From Candidatus Binatia bacterium (lineage in GTDB: Bacteria; Desulfobacterota; Binatia; HRBIN30): a stretch of 64,000 nt of DNA. Each line of letters starts with the position of its first letter. Positions within the stretch are counted from its first letter, which is position 1. Location of the stretch: NCBI GenBank assembly GCA_038245295.1, contig JBBRSP010000012.1, positions 64,001 through 128,000 on the forward strand, in the 5' to 3' direction. A program made the translations under genes and the position numbers. The notes beneath the pieces were generated by a model that saw only the letters and a list, made by a program, of their open reading frames with translations, was not told the origin of the DNA and did no database searches. Positions 18,036-26,765 of the stretch are shown piece by piece.

Positions 18036-18275
18036 GCGGCCTGACAAAATGCCCAATCCCGGATCGCGCCGCTGCCCGGCGTCGGCGCGCGAGACTGGCC
18101 TCAACCGTATCTTGCGGCGCTTGACCGCAGCAATTGGATCATGGCAACGCTGCCATGCATGGGGGAGGGGGGCGCTTCTGAAACCACTGGGTGAGGGTTC
18201 AGTCATTGTCGTCATTATTGGCTACACAAGCGCATTGGGACCGGCGATCCAGCGGCAACCCGCCGAGGCAGGCTC

Positions 18276-18812
18276 GTGATCGTCGATAGAAAGCTTTCAC
18301 GAGATGAGATCGAGGGGGTGTGGACCATCGACCGCAGCGAAGTGATCGATGGCATCTATTCTCTCGTCGACGGAGCCCTATTCCTCAACCGCGTTCACCA
18401 CGAGGTCAAAGGCTGGCCGCCCGGCGAAGCCGAGAAGTATACGCCCATTCTGCAATCCTGCCTTGATCAAGGCGGCTGGGACTACGGTCTATTTGACGAC
18501 GCTACCCTGATCTCCGTGGTCGTCTTGGCGGGTCGCTTCATGGGCACGGATTCAGATCAACTCCAACTCGAGTTTCTGCATGTCAGCAACCGCTACCGGC
18601 ACCGGGGGCTCGGCCAACAACTCTTCGCGCTGGCCGCGGGCGAAGCGCGCAAGCGCGGTGCGAAGAGTCTCTACATCTCCGCCACTCCGTCCGAGCGCAC
18701 AATCAACTTCTATTTGCGCCTCGGATGTGTGCTCACACCGCAGCCCGACCCGGAGTTGTTCGAATTGGAGCCGGACGACATCCACCTTGAATATCAACTT
18801 GCGGTGGATTGA
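18276..18812 (+). CDS. GNAT family N-acetyltransferase
   Basis: LHVSNRYRHRGLGQQLF; LYISATPSERTINFYLRLG. Confidence 0.85.
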   Translation: MIVDRKLSRDEIEGVWTIDRSEVIDGIYSLVDGALFLNRVHHEVKGWPPGEAEKYTPILQSCLDQGGWDYGLFDDATLISVVVLAGRFMGTDSDQLQLEFLHVSNRYRHRGLGQQLFALAAGEARKRGAKSLYISATPSERTINFYLRLGCVLTPQPDPELFELEPDDIHLEYQLAVD

Positions 18813-18872
18813 CGGACAGACATGCCATGGTCCTTGACGGAAGCTATAAGGTAGGTCCATTGTAAGTCCGTC

Positions 18873-19121
18873 ATGAAGACACGACTCGTTCGTATCGGGA
18901 ACTCGCGCGGCGTGCGACTTCCAAAGCCGCTCATCGAACAGGCCGGCTTTACCGATGAAGTGGAGCTACAGCTGCGCGGGAACACAATCGTCATCGTGGC
19001 GAGCCCGGGGCCGCGCAGCGGGTGGGCCGAGGCTGCCCAGAAGCTACATGCCGAAGGCGGCGACCAATTGCTTGATCCACCGGCACCGACCCATTTCGAT
19101 GAAACCGATTGGAAATGGTAG
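18873..19121 (+). CDS. mazE: AbrB/MazE-family antitoxin
   Basis: MKTRLVRIGNSRGVRLPKPL; overlaps toxin start. Confidence 0.85.
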   Translation: MKTRLVRIGNSRGVRLPKPLIEQAGFTDEVELQLRGNTIVIVASPGPRSGWAEAAQKLHAEGGDQLLDPPAPTHFDETDWKW

Positions 19122-19450
19122 CCAAACGGACACCGCGGCGCGGCGAGGTATTTCTGGTAGCGCTTGATCCGACGCGCGGCAGCGAGATTCGTAAGACCCG
19201 CCCCTGCATCGTCGTGTCACCCGATGAGTTGAACGATTTTCTTCGCACAGTAGTTATTGTTCCACTCACAACGGCTGGACCGAAGTATCCGTTTCGCGTG
19301 CCGTGTCGTTTCGCAGGCAAGAGCGGCGACGTCGTCGTTGATCAAGCGCGCACGGTAGATCGCGAGCGCCTGGTGCGAAACCTCGGACGCTTGTCGCCAC
19401 CGACACTCGGACAAGTCCTTGCGACCCTTCAAGAGATGTTCGCGGCTTGA
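19115..19450 (+). CDS. mazF: PemK/MazF-family endoribonuclease toxin
   Basis: RGEVFLVALDPTRGSEIRKTRPCIVVSPDELN; DQARTVDRERL. Confidence 0.9.
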   Translation: MVAKRTPRRGEVFLVALDPTRGSEIRKTRPCIVVSPDELNDFLRTVVIVPLTTAGPKYPFRVPCRFAGKSGDVVVDQARTVDRERLVRNLGRLSPPTLGQVLATLQEMFAA

Positions 19451-19486
19451 ACATTTCGGGGACGGACGCATGCGCTCCCTTGTCGC

Positions 19487-20896
19487 TCACCCCTGAAAGC
19501 GCGCCGGATCGCTCCCGAGTGGCACCGGCGGCAAATCCCAGCACGGCGGCGTCTCACTCATGTGCAGCACCGGCCCGAGCCTGGTCAGCTTGCCCCAGGC
19601 CGTCTCCATTTCCATCTGATGGCGCCGCACTGCCGCGAAGTCGATACCGCTGGGTGAGGCGTCCAGCGCGACACGCGGCAATGACTCGATCCAAATGGCC
19701 GTGCGCGCGAGCGAAACACGAACATGCCAGCTGCCACCTTCGACGGCCCGCCTAGCAAGGGCTCGCATCACACCCAAGGCGCCGAGATAACCAGTGGTGT
19801 AGTCGAGCGCCGCAGCGGGAATGATCGACGCCGACTCTGTGCCGCCATGTTCATGAGCGAGGCCTGATACGGTCTGCGCCAATTGCTCCCATCCCGGGCG
19901 ATCGGCCCACGGTCCCGTATGACCGTAACAATTGATCGACACCACGATGACACCGGGGTGCCGTGTGGCGAGATCCTCCGGACCGAAGCCGCGCTGCGCC
20001 AGCGAGCCGCCTCGATAGCTCTGCGAGAACACGTCGGCCTGGCTCACCAGCACCCGCAGACGCTCGACATCCTCGCGGGCATCGAGGTCGAGGAAGCACG
20101 AACGTTTGCCGATGTTCGTATCGATGACGAACGGCTCGATCGACGGCAGGTGCGGACTGCGCACGTGCAACACCTCGGCGCCGTGTTCCGCCAGGGTACG
20201 GGCACAGGTTGGGCCAGCCAGGACACGAGTTACGTCGAGCACGCGCACGCCACTCAACGGACGGGCACCCAACGCATCAGCCCCCGGCCCGGGCACCGGC
20301 GTCGGTTCGGCTTCACCGATACGGATCAACTCGACAACCGGCACCCGCCCCGACGCCACGCCCTGAGGATGACGACGCCACTCCTCCGCCGCACGCAGCC
20401 GCGCGCCGCAGAGCCGACGCGCCGCGAGTGTGTCCTCGAGCTCGGCCGCATCGCGCCGCAACACCGCGGCCGTAATTGCACCGGCGTCTTCGGTGCAGTC
20501 GAGAACCTCGAGGGTTCCACGGTGCAGATGTGGAAAGCCGCCATGCAGGTGGACCCAACCACCGTCACGCGTGCGGTACAGACCAACGGTCGCGGGCGCG
20601 AGGCGATCGAGGCTCAGCCCCGACGCGCGCTGCCAAGCAAACGACAACAGCGCGGCCACAGTGGCTCGAACGTCCACGCTGATCTGTTGCGTAGAGCCGC
20701 CACGCGCCAGCCATAGGTCGTTGCTACTGACACCAACCGCAAGCAATGCCGCCGCCGCTGCTTCGCCAATCCTAAACGGCGTCGGCAATACCGGATCGCG
20801 CCCTTCACAAGCCAGGCGCGGGAGCGCGCCGGCATCCGCATCCCTGCCGGCAGCGCCAAGCAATGCGTCGCAAAATTTGACGACATCACCCTTCAT
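19487..20896 (-). CDS. CaiB/BaiF family III CoA-transferase
   Basis: PLSGVRVLDVTRVLAGPTCARTLAEHGAEV; GKRSCFLDL; YGHTGPWADRPG. Confidence 0.9.
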   Translation of the reverse strand: MKGDVVKFCDALLGAAGRDADAGALPRLACEGRDPVLPTPFRIGEAAAAALLAVGVSSNDLWLARGGSTQQISVDVRATVAALLSFAWQRASGLSLDRLAPATVGLYRTRDGGWVHLHGGFPHLHRGTLEVLDCTEDAGAITAAVLRRDAAELEDTLAARRLCGARLRAAEEWRRHPQGVASGRVPVVELIRIGEAEPTPVPGPGADALGARPLSGVRVLDVTRVLAGPTCARTLAEHGAEVLHVRSPHLPSIEPFVIDTNIGKRSCFLDLDAREDVERLRVLVSQADVFSQSYRGGSLAQRGFGPEDLATRHPGVIVVSINCYGHTGPWADRPGWEQLAQTVSGLAHEHGGTESASIIPAAALDYTTGYLGALGVMRALARRAVEGGSWHVRVSLARTAIWIESLPRVALDASPSGIDFAAVRRHQMEMETAWGKLTRLGPVLHMSETPPCWDLPPVPLGSDPARFQG

Positions 20897-21017
20897 ATCC
20901 GCCGAATCACCCACGCGAAGGTCGTATCGCGTCGGCGCAATACCAACAACCAGGGAACGACGACATCCTGACCACGGAGACTCTGGATAGACTCACGCAG
21001 AAGTGTGGCCCGGTAAG

Positions 21018-21158
21018 GCAACCGCGAGTGACGACGCGGAACGGCTGTACGAGCGTCAGGGCTTGGTGCGTGTCGGGGTAATCCCTGGGTATGCACTGTT
21101 GCCGCAAGGCGGCCGCTGCGACACGACAGTGTACTATCGCCAGCTGGCCTCAATCTGA
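21018..21158 (+). pseudogene. C-terminal remnant of a GNAT acetyltransferase
   Basis: Hand translation ATASDDAERLYERQGLVRVGVIPGYALLPQGGRCDTTVYYRQLASI*; no N-terminal part visible. Confidence 0.65.
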
Positions 21159-21285
21159 CGATAGCTCGAACGCCGAGACGTGGGGACGCGGAGCAAGAGT
21201 CCGGATTCACAGCTGCGTCCGAGCACAGGCCCTCGCGACGAACCCCTTGCAGGAGGAAGCAACACGGCGCAAAGAACCAACGATC

Positions 21286-21804
21286 ATGGATGACGTTGTT
21301 GCACTCGCTCTGGTCGCCGCCGTGGTCATAGCGACGGCAGGCATGTGCTGGCTGGCGTGGCGCTCTGGCCGCAGGGCTCGCACCAACATCCTCGCCGCTT
21401 CTGAGCGGTTCATGCAACGTCTCACGTCGCCCGACCTCGATGCCCTCGAGCGACACGTCGGACACGCTCTCCCCGCGAGTTTCCGCGCCCTTTATAACGA
21501 TCATAAGCTGATCATGAGTGACGACCTACTCGTTGGCATCGCCAATCCAATCGAAGACGACAGCGAATGCTTCGTCGCCTGGTTCTATCCGGGCGACATG
21601 GAAAATCTGGATCGGGCCTCGCCGGAATCCGACGGACTGTTCCCCTTCGCCAATAACGGCTCCGGCGATCAATTCCTCGTCGCTCTGTCGCAGGTGGATC
21701 CAGAGGTCATCTATCACTCGCACCAAAGCGGCGAGCGTCGAGGGCTCGGCGTCACCTTGTCGGCATTCCTGGCCGCACCACGGCGGACGGCTCCTGACGC
21801 GTGA
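21286..21804 (+). CDS. SMI1/KNR4 (SUKH)-like protein with N-terminal membrane anchor
   Basis: DLDALERHVGHALPASFRALY; LFPFANNGSGDQF; VIYHSH. Confidence 0.7.
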   Translation: MDDVVALALVAAVVIATAGMCWLAWRSGRRARTNILAASERFMQRLTSPDLDALERHVGHALPASFRALYNDHKLIMSDDLLVGIANPIEDDSECFVAWFYPGDMENLDRASPESDGLFPFANNGSGDQFLVALSQVDPEVIYHSHQSGERRGLGVTLSAFLAAPRRTAPDA

Positions 21805-21857
21805 CTTGAAATCTCGAACTAGTCTTTGGTCGAGCTTCGTAGGAGATAGGAGGAGTG

Positions 21858-22907
21858 ATGACAGCGCGCCTGCGTCTAATCTTTGTCTTCGCGATATGCT
21901 CTGTCGCGCATCTCGGAAGCGGCGCGTCCGCAGCACCGGCGGCGCCATCGTTCACAGTCCGCTCGATCGCGCTCCCCGGCGCCCCGCCGGAAGGTGTGCT
22001 CATGGACTATCTCGCCTACGATCGAAACCGCCATCGAGTGTGGGTCCCGGCCGGCAATACGGGCAGTGTCGATGTCATCGATGCCGCCAAAGAGACCGTT
22101 ACGCGAATCGAAGGCTTTCACACCGCCGAGATTGAACGAGGCGGCAAGAAACGGATCGTCGGGCCGAGCTCGGCGACCGTCGGTGATAGCGTGGTGTATG
22201 TCGGCAATCGCGGCGACTCCAGCATCTGCGCCGTCGATGCGGACTCGCTGCGGCTGAGCGCTTGCGTCAAGCTCGACTCTTCGCCGGACGGCCTGGCGTA
22301 TGTCGCCTCGACACACGAGGTCTGGGTGACCATGCCACGCGACAAGTCGATTGGCGTGCTCGACACCTCTGTCGCCACCGCTCTGACATGGAAAACCAAG
22401 ATCAGTCTACCCGGCCAGCCCGAAGGCTTCGCCGTCGACGACGCACGCGGGCTCTTCTACACCAACCTTGAGGACGGTGATCGAACGCTGACGATCGATA
22501 TCAAAAGTCGCAAGGTCACAAGAACCTGGGAATCCGGCTGCGGCGAAGGTGGTCCGAAGGGTCTGGCGTTGGATCATGGGCTCGACTTCTTGTTGGTCGC
22601 CTGCCCCGACCGAGTCGAGGTGCTCGACGCCGGGCACGACGGCAAACGCCTTTCGAGTATCGAAGTCGGTGAAGGCGTCGACAACATCGACTACATCGAG
22701 CAACGTCACGAGCTATACGCGGCCGCCGCCGGCGCCGCCAAGCTGACCATCGTGCATCTCGCCCCGGAGGGTGGGCTGACGGCGATTGCCACGGTGGCCA
22801 CCGTGGCGGGAGCAAGGAACTCCGTGGCAACGGACGAAGGCACCGCCTACTTGACGGATGCGGCGGGTGGCAAGATTCTCATCGTCGCACCCGTCGTGTC
22901 GCCCTGA
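21858..22907 (+). CDS. Secreted YncE-like beta-propeller protein
   Basis: Signal peptide; MDYLAYD, GSVDVIDA, PDGLAY, PEGFAVD, PKGLALD repeats. Confidence 0.75.
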   Translation: MTARLRLIFVFAICSVAHLGSGASAAPAAPSFTVRSIALPGAPPEGVLMDYLAYDRNRHRVWVPAGNTGSVDVIDAAKETVTRIEGFHTAEIERGGKKRIVGPSSATVGDSVVYVGNRGDSSICAVDADSLRLSACVKLDSSPDGLAYVASTHEVWVTMPRDKSIGVLDTSVATALTWKTKISLPGQPEGFAVDDARGLFYTNLEDGDRTLTIDIKSRKVTRTWESGCGEGGPKGLALDHGLDFLLVACPDRVEVLDAGHDGKRLSSIEVGEGVDNIDYIEQRHELYAAAAGAAKLTIVHLAPEGGLTAIATVATVAGARNSVATDEGTAYLTDAAGGKILIVAPVVSP

Positions 22908-22993
22908 AAAAGGGGACAGGACCCGTTGTTTCCGTAACGCTTCACCAACATTTACAGGGGTCGATGAGCCAATTTACGGGGACAGGACCCCTT
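22907..22993 (+). repeat. Two GGGGACAGGACCC REP-like units
   Basis: aaaaaggggacaggacccgtt (22907) and cggggacaggacccctt (22977). Confidence 0.65.
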
Positions 22994-23010
22994 AGGAGGA
23001 CGGCGTCGCG

Positions 23011-23469
23011 ATGACGGACGAGATGCAGCGGGTAGTCGAACGGCAACGACTGGGGTTCGTCGCGACGGTCGGCGCCGATGGAACGCCCAATCTGTCACCC
23101 AAAGGCACCCTCTGCGTTCTCGACGACGAGCACCTGATGTTTGCCGACATCCGATCGCCGGGCACGGTGGCCAACCTGCGCATCAACCCGGCCATCGAGG
23201 TGAATGTCGTCGATCAGTTTGTGCGCAAGGGCTACCGCTTCAAGGGGCGCGCCGAGGTGATTGAAGAGGGGCCGGAGTTCAAGCGACTACTCGCTATCTT
23301 CGTGCAGCGTGGCGTCTTCGATGCACCACGCCGCATTCGGGCGATCGTCGTGCTCTGCGTCGAGCAGGTTCGTCCGCTGATCTCACCGGGCTACGACCGC
23401 GACACCAACGAGGAGTCGGTGCGGGCGCATTGGCGGCGCTATTTCCTCGGCGAAGGCAGGGAGCATTGA
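23011..23469 (+). CDS. Pyridoxamine 5'-phosphate oxidase-like FMN-binding protein
   Basis: FVATVGADGTPNLSPKGT; TVANLRINP; GYRFKGRA; AGGAGG RBS. Confidence 0.85.
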   Translation: MTDEMQRVVERQRLGFVATVGADGTPNLSPKGTLCVLDDEHLMFADIRSPGTVANLRINPAIEVNVVDQFVRKGYRFKGRAEVIEEGPEFKRLLAIFVQRGVFDAPRRIRAIVVLCVEQVRPLISPGYDRDTNEESVRAHWRRYFLGEGREH

Positions 23470-23513
23470 GGCCGAAGACCACAACGGATGGGGAAAGATA
23501 CCATTGAGGAGAG

Positions 23514-23695
23514 ATGACGTTCGAAGGAATGAGCGCCGACGAGGCGCGTGCGTTTGCGGGCATGCGTCGATTCCGGTGGGCGACCAACGCATCGAGGTGG
23601 ATGGAGTCTGCAGCGTGCAACTACGCGATGGGCTCATCTATGCCAACCAGGTCTTCTTCGATCGCGCCGAGTTGCTGCGCGCGCTGCCTTTCTAG
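23514..23695 (+). pseudogene. SnoaL/NTF2-like gene with an apparent internal deletion and frameshift
   Basis: RBS + MTFEGMSADEARAFA in one frame joined to IPVGDQRIEVDGVCSVQLRDGLIYANQVFFDRAELL in another. Confidence 0.55.
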
Positions 23696-23701
23696 AGCCA
23701 G

Positions 23702-24244
23702 ATGTCGGCGGAGACACTGCAAGTCGTCCCCTACGATCGCCGCTGGCCGGAACAATTCGAGGCCGAGCGACGGCGACTCGCAACCGCGCTCGGTGCCATC
23801 GCGGTTCGCATTGATCACAACGGGTCGACTTCGGTGCCTGGCCTCGCCGCCAAGCCGATCATCGATATCCAGATCTCGGTGACACAGGTGCAGGCGTTGG
23901 AAACCTTCGCCACGCCGTTGCGGCAACTTGGCTACACCCATGTGCCGCACCCCGACGACGCGTTCTGCCCTTTCTTTCACCGGCCGGCGACATGGCCGCA
24001 CACGCATCACGTCCACGTCGCCGAACGCGGCGGTAGCGAAGAACGACGCACTCTGGCCTTCCGTGATTACTTGCGTATCCATCCAAAAGCGCGGCATGAG
24101 TATGCTGCGCTCAAGCTAAATCTGGCGCCGCAGTTCAGTGCCACGACATTCGGCGAGCGCCAGGCGTACGCCGATGCGAAGACCGGGCTCATCGAGCAGT
24201 TCATCGCGCGGGCACTCGAGGAAGGATTACCGCATGATCTCTAG
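23702..24244 (+). CDS. GrpB-family (UPF0157) nucleotidyltransferase-fold protein
   Basis: YDRRWPEQFE; IDHNGSTSVPGLAAKPIIDI; LAFRDYLR; YADAK. Confidence 0.9.
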   Translation: MSAETLQVVPYDRRWPEQFEAERRRLATALGAIAVRIDHNGSTSVPGLAAKPIIDIQISVTQVQALETFATPLRQLGYTHVPHPDDAFCPFFHRPATWPHTHHVHVAERGGSEERRTLAFRDYLRIHPKARHEYAALKLNLAPQFSATTFGERQAYADAKTGLIEQFIARALEEGLPHDL

Positions 24245-24701
24245 GAAGCGGACCTGGTCATTTGGCCCGCCGCTGCTCTTCGCCCTGTTGGCCGGCTGCG
24301 GCGCGACTCGGCCGAGCACACTCGGCTTGCGCGAGGGGCGCTTGGCGCCCTGCCCCGCGTCGCCAAACTGCGTCGCCAGCGACGCCGCGGATGCCACCCA
24401 TTCGATCGCGCCGTTTGCTCCGACAATCTCGGCGGGCGACGCTTGGCGCATCGCCCACAACGCCGTCGCCAGTCTGTCGCGCACTACGATCATCAACGAC
24501 ACCGGCAGTTATCTACATGCCGAGTGCACAAGCCCCATCCTCGGATTCGTCGACGACCTCGAGTTGGCATTGGACGGCAGCGGCAACATCATCGCGGTGC
24601 GCTCGGCGTCGCGCGTCGGCTACAGCGACTTGGGCGTCAACCGCACGCGGGTCGAGACGCTACGGCGCACCCTCGCCGACCAGGGCTTGTTCTCGCGATG
24701 A
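24234..24701 (+). CDS. DUF1499 lipoprotein
   Basis: Lipobox LAGC; LAPCPASPNCV; GFVDDLE; RSASRVGYSDLGVNRTR. Confidence 0.9.
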   Translation: MISRKRTWSFGPPLLFALLAGCGATRPSTLGLREGRLAPCPASPNCVASDAADATHSIAPFAPTISAGDAWRIAHNAVASLSRTTIINDTGSYLHAECTSPILGFVDDLELALDGSGNIIAVRSASRVGYSDLGVNRTRVETLRRTLADQGLFSR

Positions 24702-25087
24702 GCGGCAACATGACTTACCGCGGCTCTTGCCACTGCGGCCGCGTCCGCTTCGAGGTGGATCTCGACCTGGACCACGTGCGCTCGTGTGACTGCTCGATCT
24801 GCCGGCGACGCGGCGCGCTGATTCATCGGGTCGAGGCCGACCAATTGCGCATGCTCACACCGCTTGCGGACCTGACGCTCTATCAGTGGCACACTCGCAC
24901 GGCGGAGGATTACTTCTGCCCGACTTGCGGCATTTTGCCGTTTCGGCGACCGCGCCACCGGACTGTGAAAGAAATCACCGGGGGTGTGGCTGACTTTTCC
25001 GGGTGGGGGATCAATGTACGATGCTTGGAGGGCGTCGACATTGAAGCCATCCCAGTAAAGCGCGTGTACGCGAGCCAGCTCGACTAG
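24698..25087 (+). CDS. GFA/CENP-V family Zn protein
   Basis: GSCHCGRVRF; CDCSICRRRG; FCPTCGI; INVRCL. Confidence 0.9.
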   Translation: MSGNMTYRGSCHCGRVRFEVDLDLDHVRSCDCSICRRRGALIHRVEADQLRMLTPLADLTLYQWHTRTAEDYFCPTCGILPFRRPRHRTVKEITGGVADFSGWGINVRCLEGVDIEAIPVKRVYASQLD

Positions 25088-25322
25088 CTGGGCCGACATG
25101 GGCCACGGGAAGTCCGGACCACTCCCTGCGCCTACCGACGAAAAACCCTTTTGTTTTCAGGGGGCATCCATCGAAATCTCCGAAAAACGTTGAGTTTGGG
25201 TACGTAGGGTAAGTCATCTCGGTCGTCGGGAGGCGATCCTGGGGCTTCCTGGTGCGTTGCAGCGCCCGCCATTCGCCGGGGATTTTCGATATTATCCGAC
25301 CCGCTGGCTGCACCCGAACTCT

Positions 25323-25342
25323 AAAAAGGGGCCTGTCCCCTT
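25323..25342 (-). repeat. Inverted copy of the GGGGACAGG REP-like unit
   Basis: aaaaaggggcctgtcccctt; reverse complement aaggggacaggccccttttt. Confidence 0.65.
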
Positions 25343-25374
25343 AAAAGCTCGTTCCCTCCTTTCGCCACACGAAC

Positions 25375-26580
25375 CTAACGCATCTCGGGCGGCGTCTGCT
25401 CCAGAATCACTCCCTCCGCAACCAGCGTCGTCACCGTGCGCGGCGCGATACGCGCGATGTTGGCGCGGACCCAGTTGAACCAACCGGAGATGACCGAAGG
25501 CTGCTGGCCGAGGCGTTCGAACGCCAGGTTCACAACATTGATCGTCGGCTCACCGGTGCCGCGTGTCTCGCCGGCAACTTCACGGAACTCCGACACGGTC
25601 GGCCCCGGTTCCAACACGAGCACATCAACCCCGGTACCGCGTAGTTCGGCCCACACGGCTTCGCCGAAGAGTAGATCAAACGCCTTGCTGGCAGCGTAGA
25701 TCGCATGACGTGGTAGCGGTTGGCGGCCGGCAACCGACCCGAGAACCACCATGGCGCCGCGGGCCCGCTGACGCATGCCAGGCAGCAGGCGACTCGCCAG
25801 GACGACGGGGGCAACGCAGTTCACCTGAACCATGTCCCGCAACCGTGCCGTCTCCTGCAGGTCGAAGCGCCCGGCGTAGCCGAAGCCCGCGTTGTTGATG
25901 AAGACATCGATCGACAGGTCGCCGATCCCATTCATCAAGACATCACAACCGGCCGGGTCGGCAAGATCGGCGGCCACCACACGCGTCGCCACCTGGTACT
26001 GCTTCTCGAGCTCGCCCGCCAAGGTGCGCAGACGATCCTCACGACGTGCCGTCAGGACAACCGACATGCCCTCACGAGCGAGAGCGCGCGCGAACTCCTC
26101 GCCAATACCGGCGGAGGCACCGGTGACCAGCGCCCACTCGCCGTAACGCTCACCCATCGGAGCACGCTTCTTCCCAAAACTTTCGCGCGCATTCCACAGA
26201 CCCAGTGTGAGGGCGCCGAATGGAATGAGCGACAACAATCCGACCACCCAGCCGCGCAAGCCGCCGACGTAGACGATATTCCACACCAGCATCCCGAACG
26301 TCACCTGCGCCGCGTAAAGCGCCGCCCACGGATACATCCAACGGCTCATGCGCCAGAAGCCATACGCCCCCGCGGTATAAATCGCCCAGTGCAACGGCTC
26401 GGTGAGCTTGGCACCCCAGCCGCGTAGGAGCAGTCCAAACCACGCCTCCTGATCGACAGCCACCGGTTTGATGAACAAGTCATAGGGCATGTGGATGAAC
26501 GTCATGTAGGCACAGAAGATCATCAACAGATTCATCCACCACGGTCGTTGCCGCAGTCGTTCGCGTAGCCAGTCGTCCAT
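25375..26580 (-). CDS. SDR oxidoreductase with an N-terminal ~4-TM domain
   Basis: TGASAGIG, NNAGFG, YAASK; ~130-aa hydrophobic N-terminus. Confidence 0.9.
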   Translation of the reverse strand: MDDWLRERLRQRPWWMNLLMIFCAYMTFIHMPYDLFIKPVAVDQEAWFGLLLRGWGAKLTEPLHWAIYTAGAYGFWRMSRWMYPWAALYAAQVTFGMLVWNIVYVGGLRGWVVGLLSLIPFGALTLGLWNARESFGKKRAPMGERYGEWALVTGASAGIGEEFARALAREGMSVVLTARREDRLRTLAGELEKQYQVATRVVAADLADPAGCDVLMNGIGDLSIDVFINNAGFGYAGRFDLQETARLRDMVQVNCVAPVVLASRLLPGMRQRARGAMVVLGSVAGRQPLPRHAIYAASKAFDLLFGEAVWAELRGTGVDVLVLEPGPTVSEFREVAGETRGTGEPTINVVNLAFERLGQQPSVISGWFNWVRANIARIAPRTVTTLVAEGVILEQTPPEMR

Positions 26581-26682
26581 GGAAGAACCTCCTCTACAAG
26601 TTCATCAGGTTTCGCAAACGGTATCCTTCCATGTGCAGCGACGCGGGGGAAGGCGCCTCGGTTGGTTCCAGCTTGGGCGGCG

Positions 26683-26735
26683 TGAGGGCACACCGACTCC
26701 GTTCTCACGGCCCCGACGGAGTCGGGCTGCCCTCA
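26683..26735. repeat. Imperfect inverted repeat (REP-like hairpin)
   Basis: tgagggcacaccgactccgt ... acggagtcgggctgccctca. Confidence 0.55.
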
Positions 26736-26765
26736 GCCCACGGGCTTTGGTAGGACTCATCGGCT

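Noticed and set aside
18036..25320. Integron attC sites
   Set aside because: No RYYYAAC...GTTRRRY pairs with matching inner boxes found by eye; no integrase in the window.
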